Part shown: positions 44,051 through 44,095 of the stretch, piece by piece
How the letters are laid out: each line of letters begins with the position of its first letter
Position numbering within the stretch: position 1 is the first letter of the stretch
Source: a virus
Lineage: Duplodnaviria > Caudoviricetes
IMG/VR virus record: IMGVR_UViG_3300036987_000040
Coordinates: 1 to 44,095 of that record
Strand: one strand, 5' to 3'
DNA: 44,095 bases
The notes under the pieces: model-generated
The model's input: only the letters and a program-made list of their open reading frames with translations
Told to the model about the DNA's origin: nothing
Database searches by the model: none
Program-made: the position numbers and the translations under genes

Positions 44051-44095
44051 TCTTTTGCCACTCGGTGTTGAAATGAAAGTCCGGAATTCGTTGAA

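Overview
The window is a complete, apparently intact ~43.9 kb temperate prophage of an alphaproteobacterium (phage gcrA, alpha-type LexA box). It is bounded by a 49-bp direct repeat (79-127 and 43969-44017) containing the 5' half of tRNA-Val(GAC). The layout is lambdoid with P22-like podovirus morphogenesis genes. From left to right: integrase, xis, HNH, adenine methyltransferase, NinB and Sak4-like recombination genes (leftward); cI/cro switch; GcrA; DUF1376-type replication initiator; NusG-family antiterminator; a fibre-like module placed before the terminase; terminase, portal, scaffold, capsid and tail hub; ejection proteins, including a 1021-aa polyvalent protein with two ADP-ribosyltransferase-like modules; tail fibre; lysis genes; and an accessory right arm with two catalytically dead recombinase derivatives. 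The most notable observations are: (1) integration replaces the tRNA 5' end, and the phage supplies a mimic of the host promoter; (2) the CI looks non-cleavable, and a LexA-box-controlled operon sits at the far end; (3) small antisense membrane-protein genes are paired with ejection genes; (4) an NAL(M/L) motif recurs in the ejected proteins; (5) a 10 x 22-aa repeat protein lies in the pre-terminase module; (6) there are several structured RNA leaders, including three tandem pseudoknot-like units before the scaffold gene. All family calls come from motifs recognised by eye; no database search was run.
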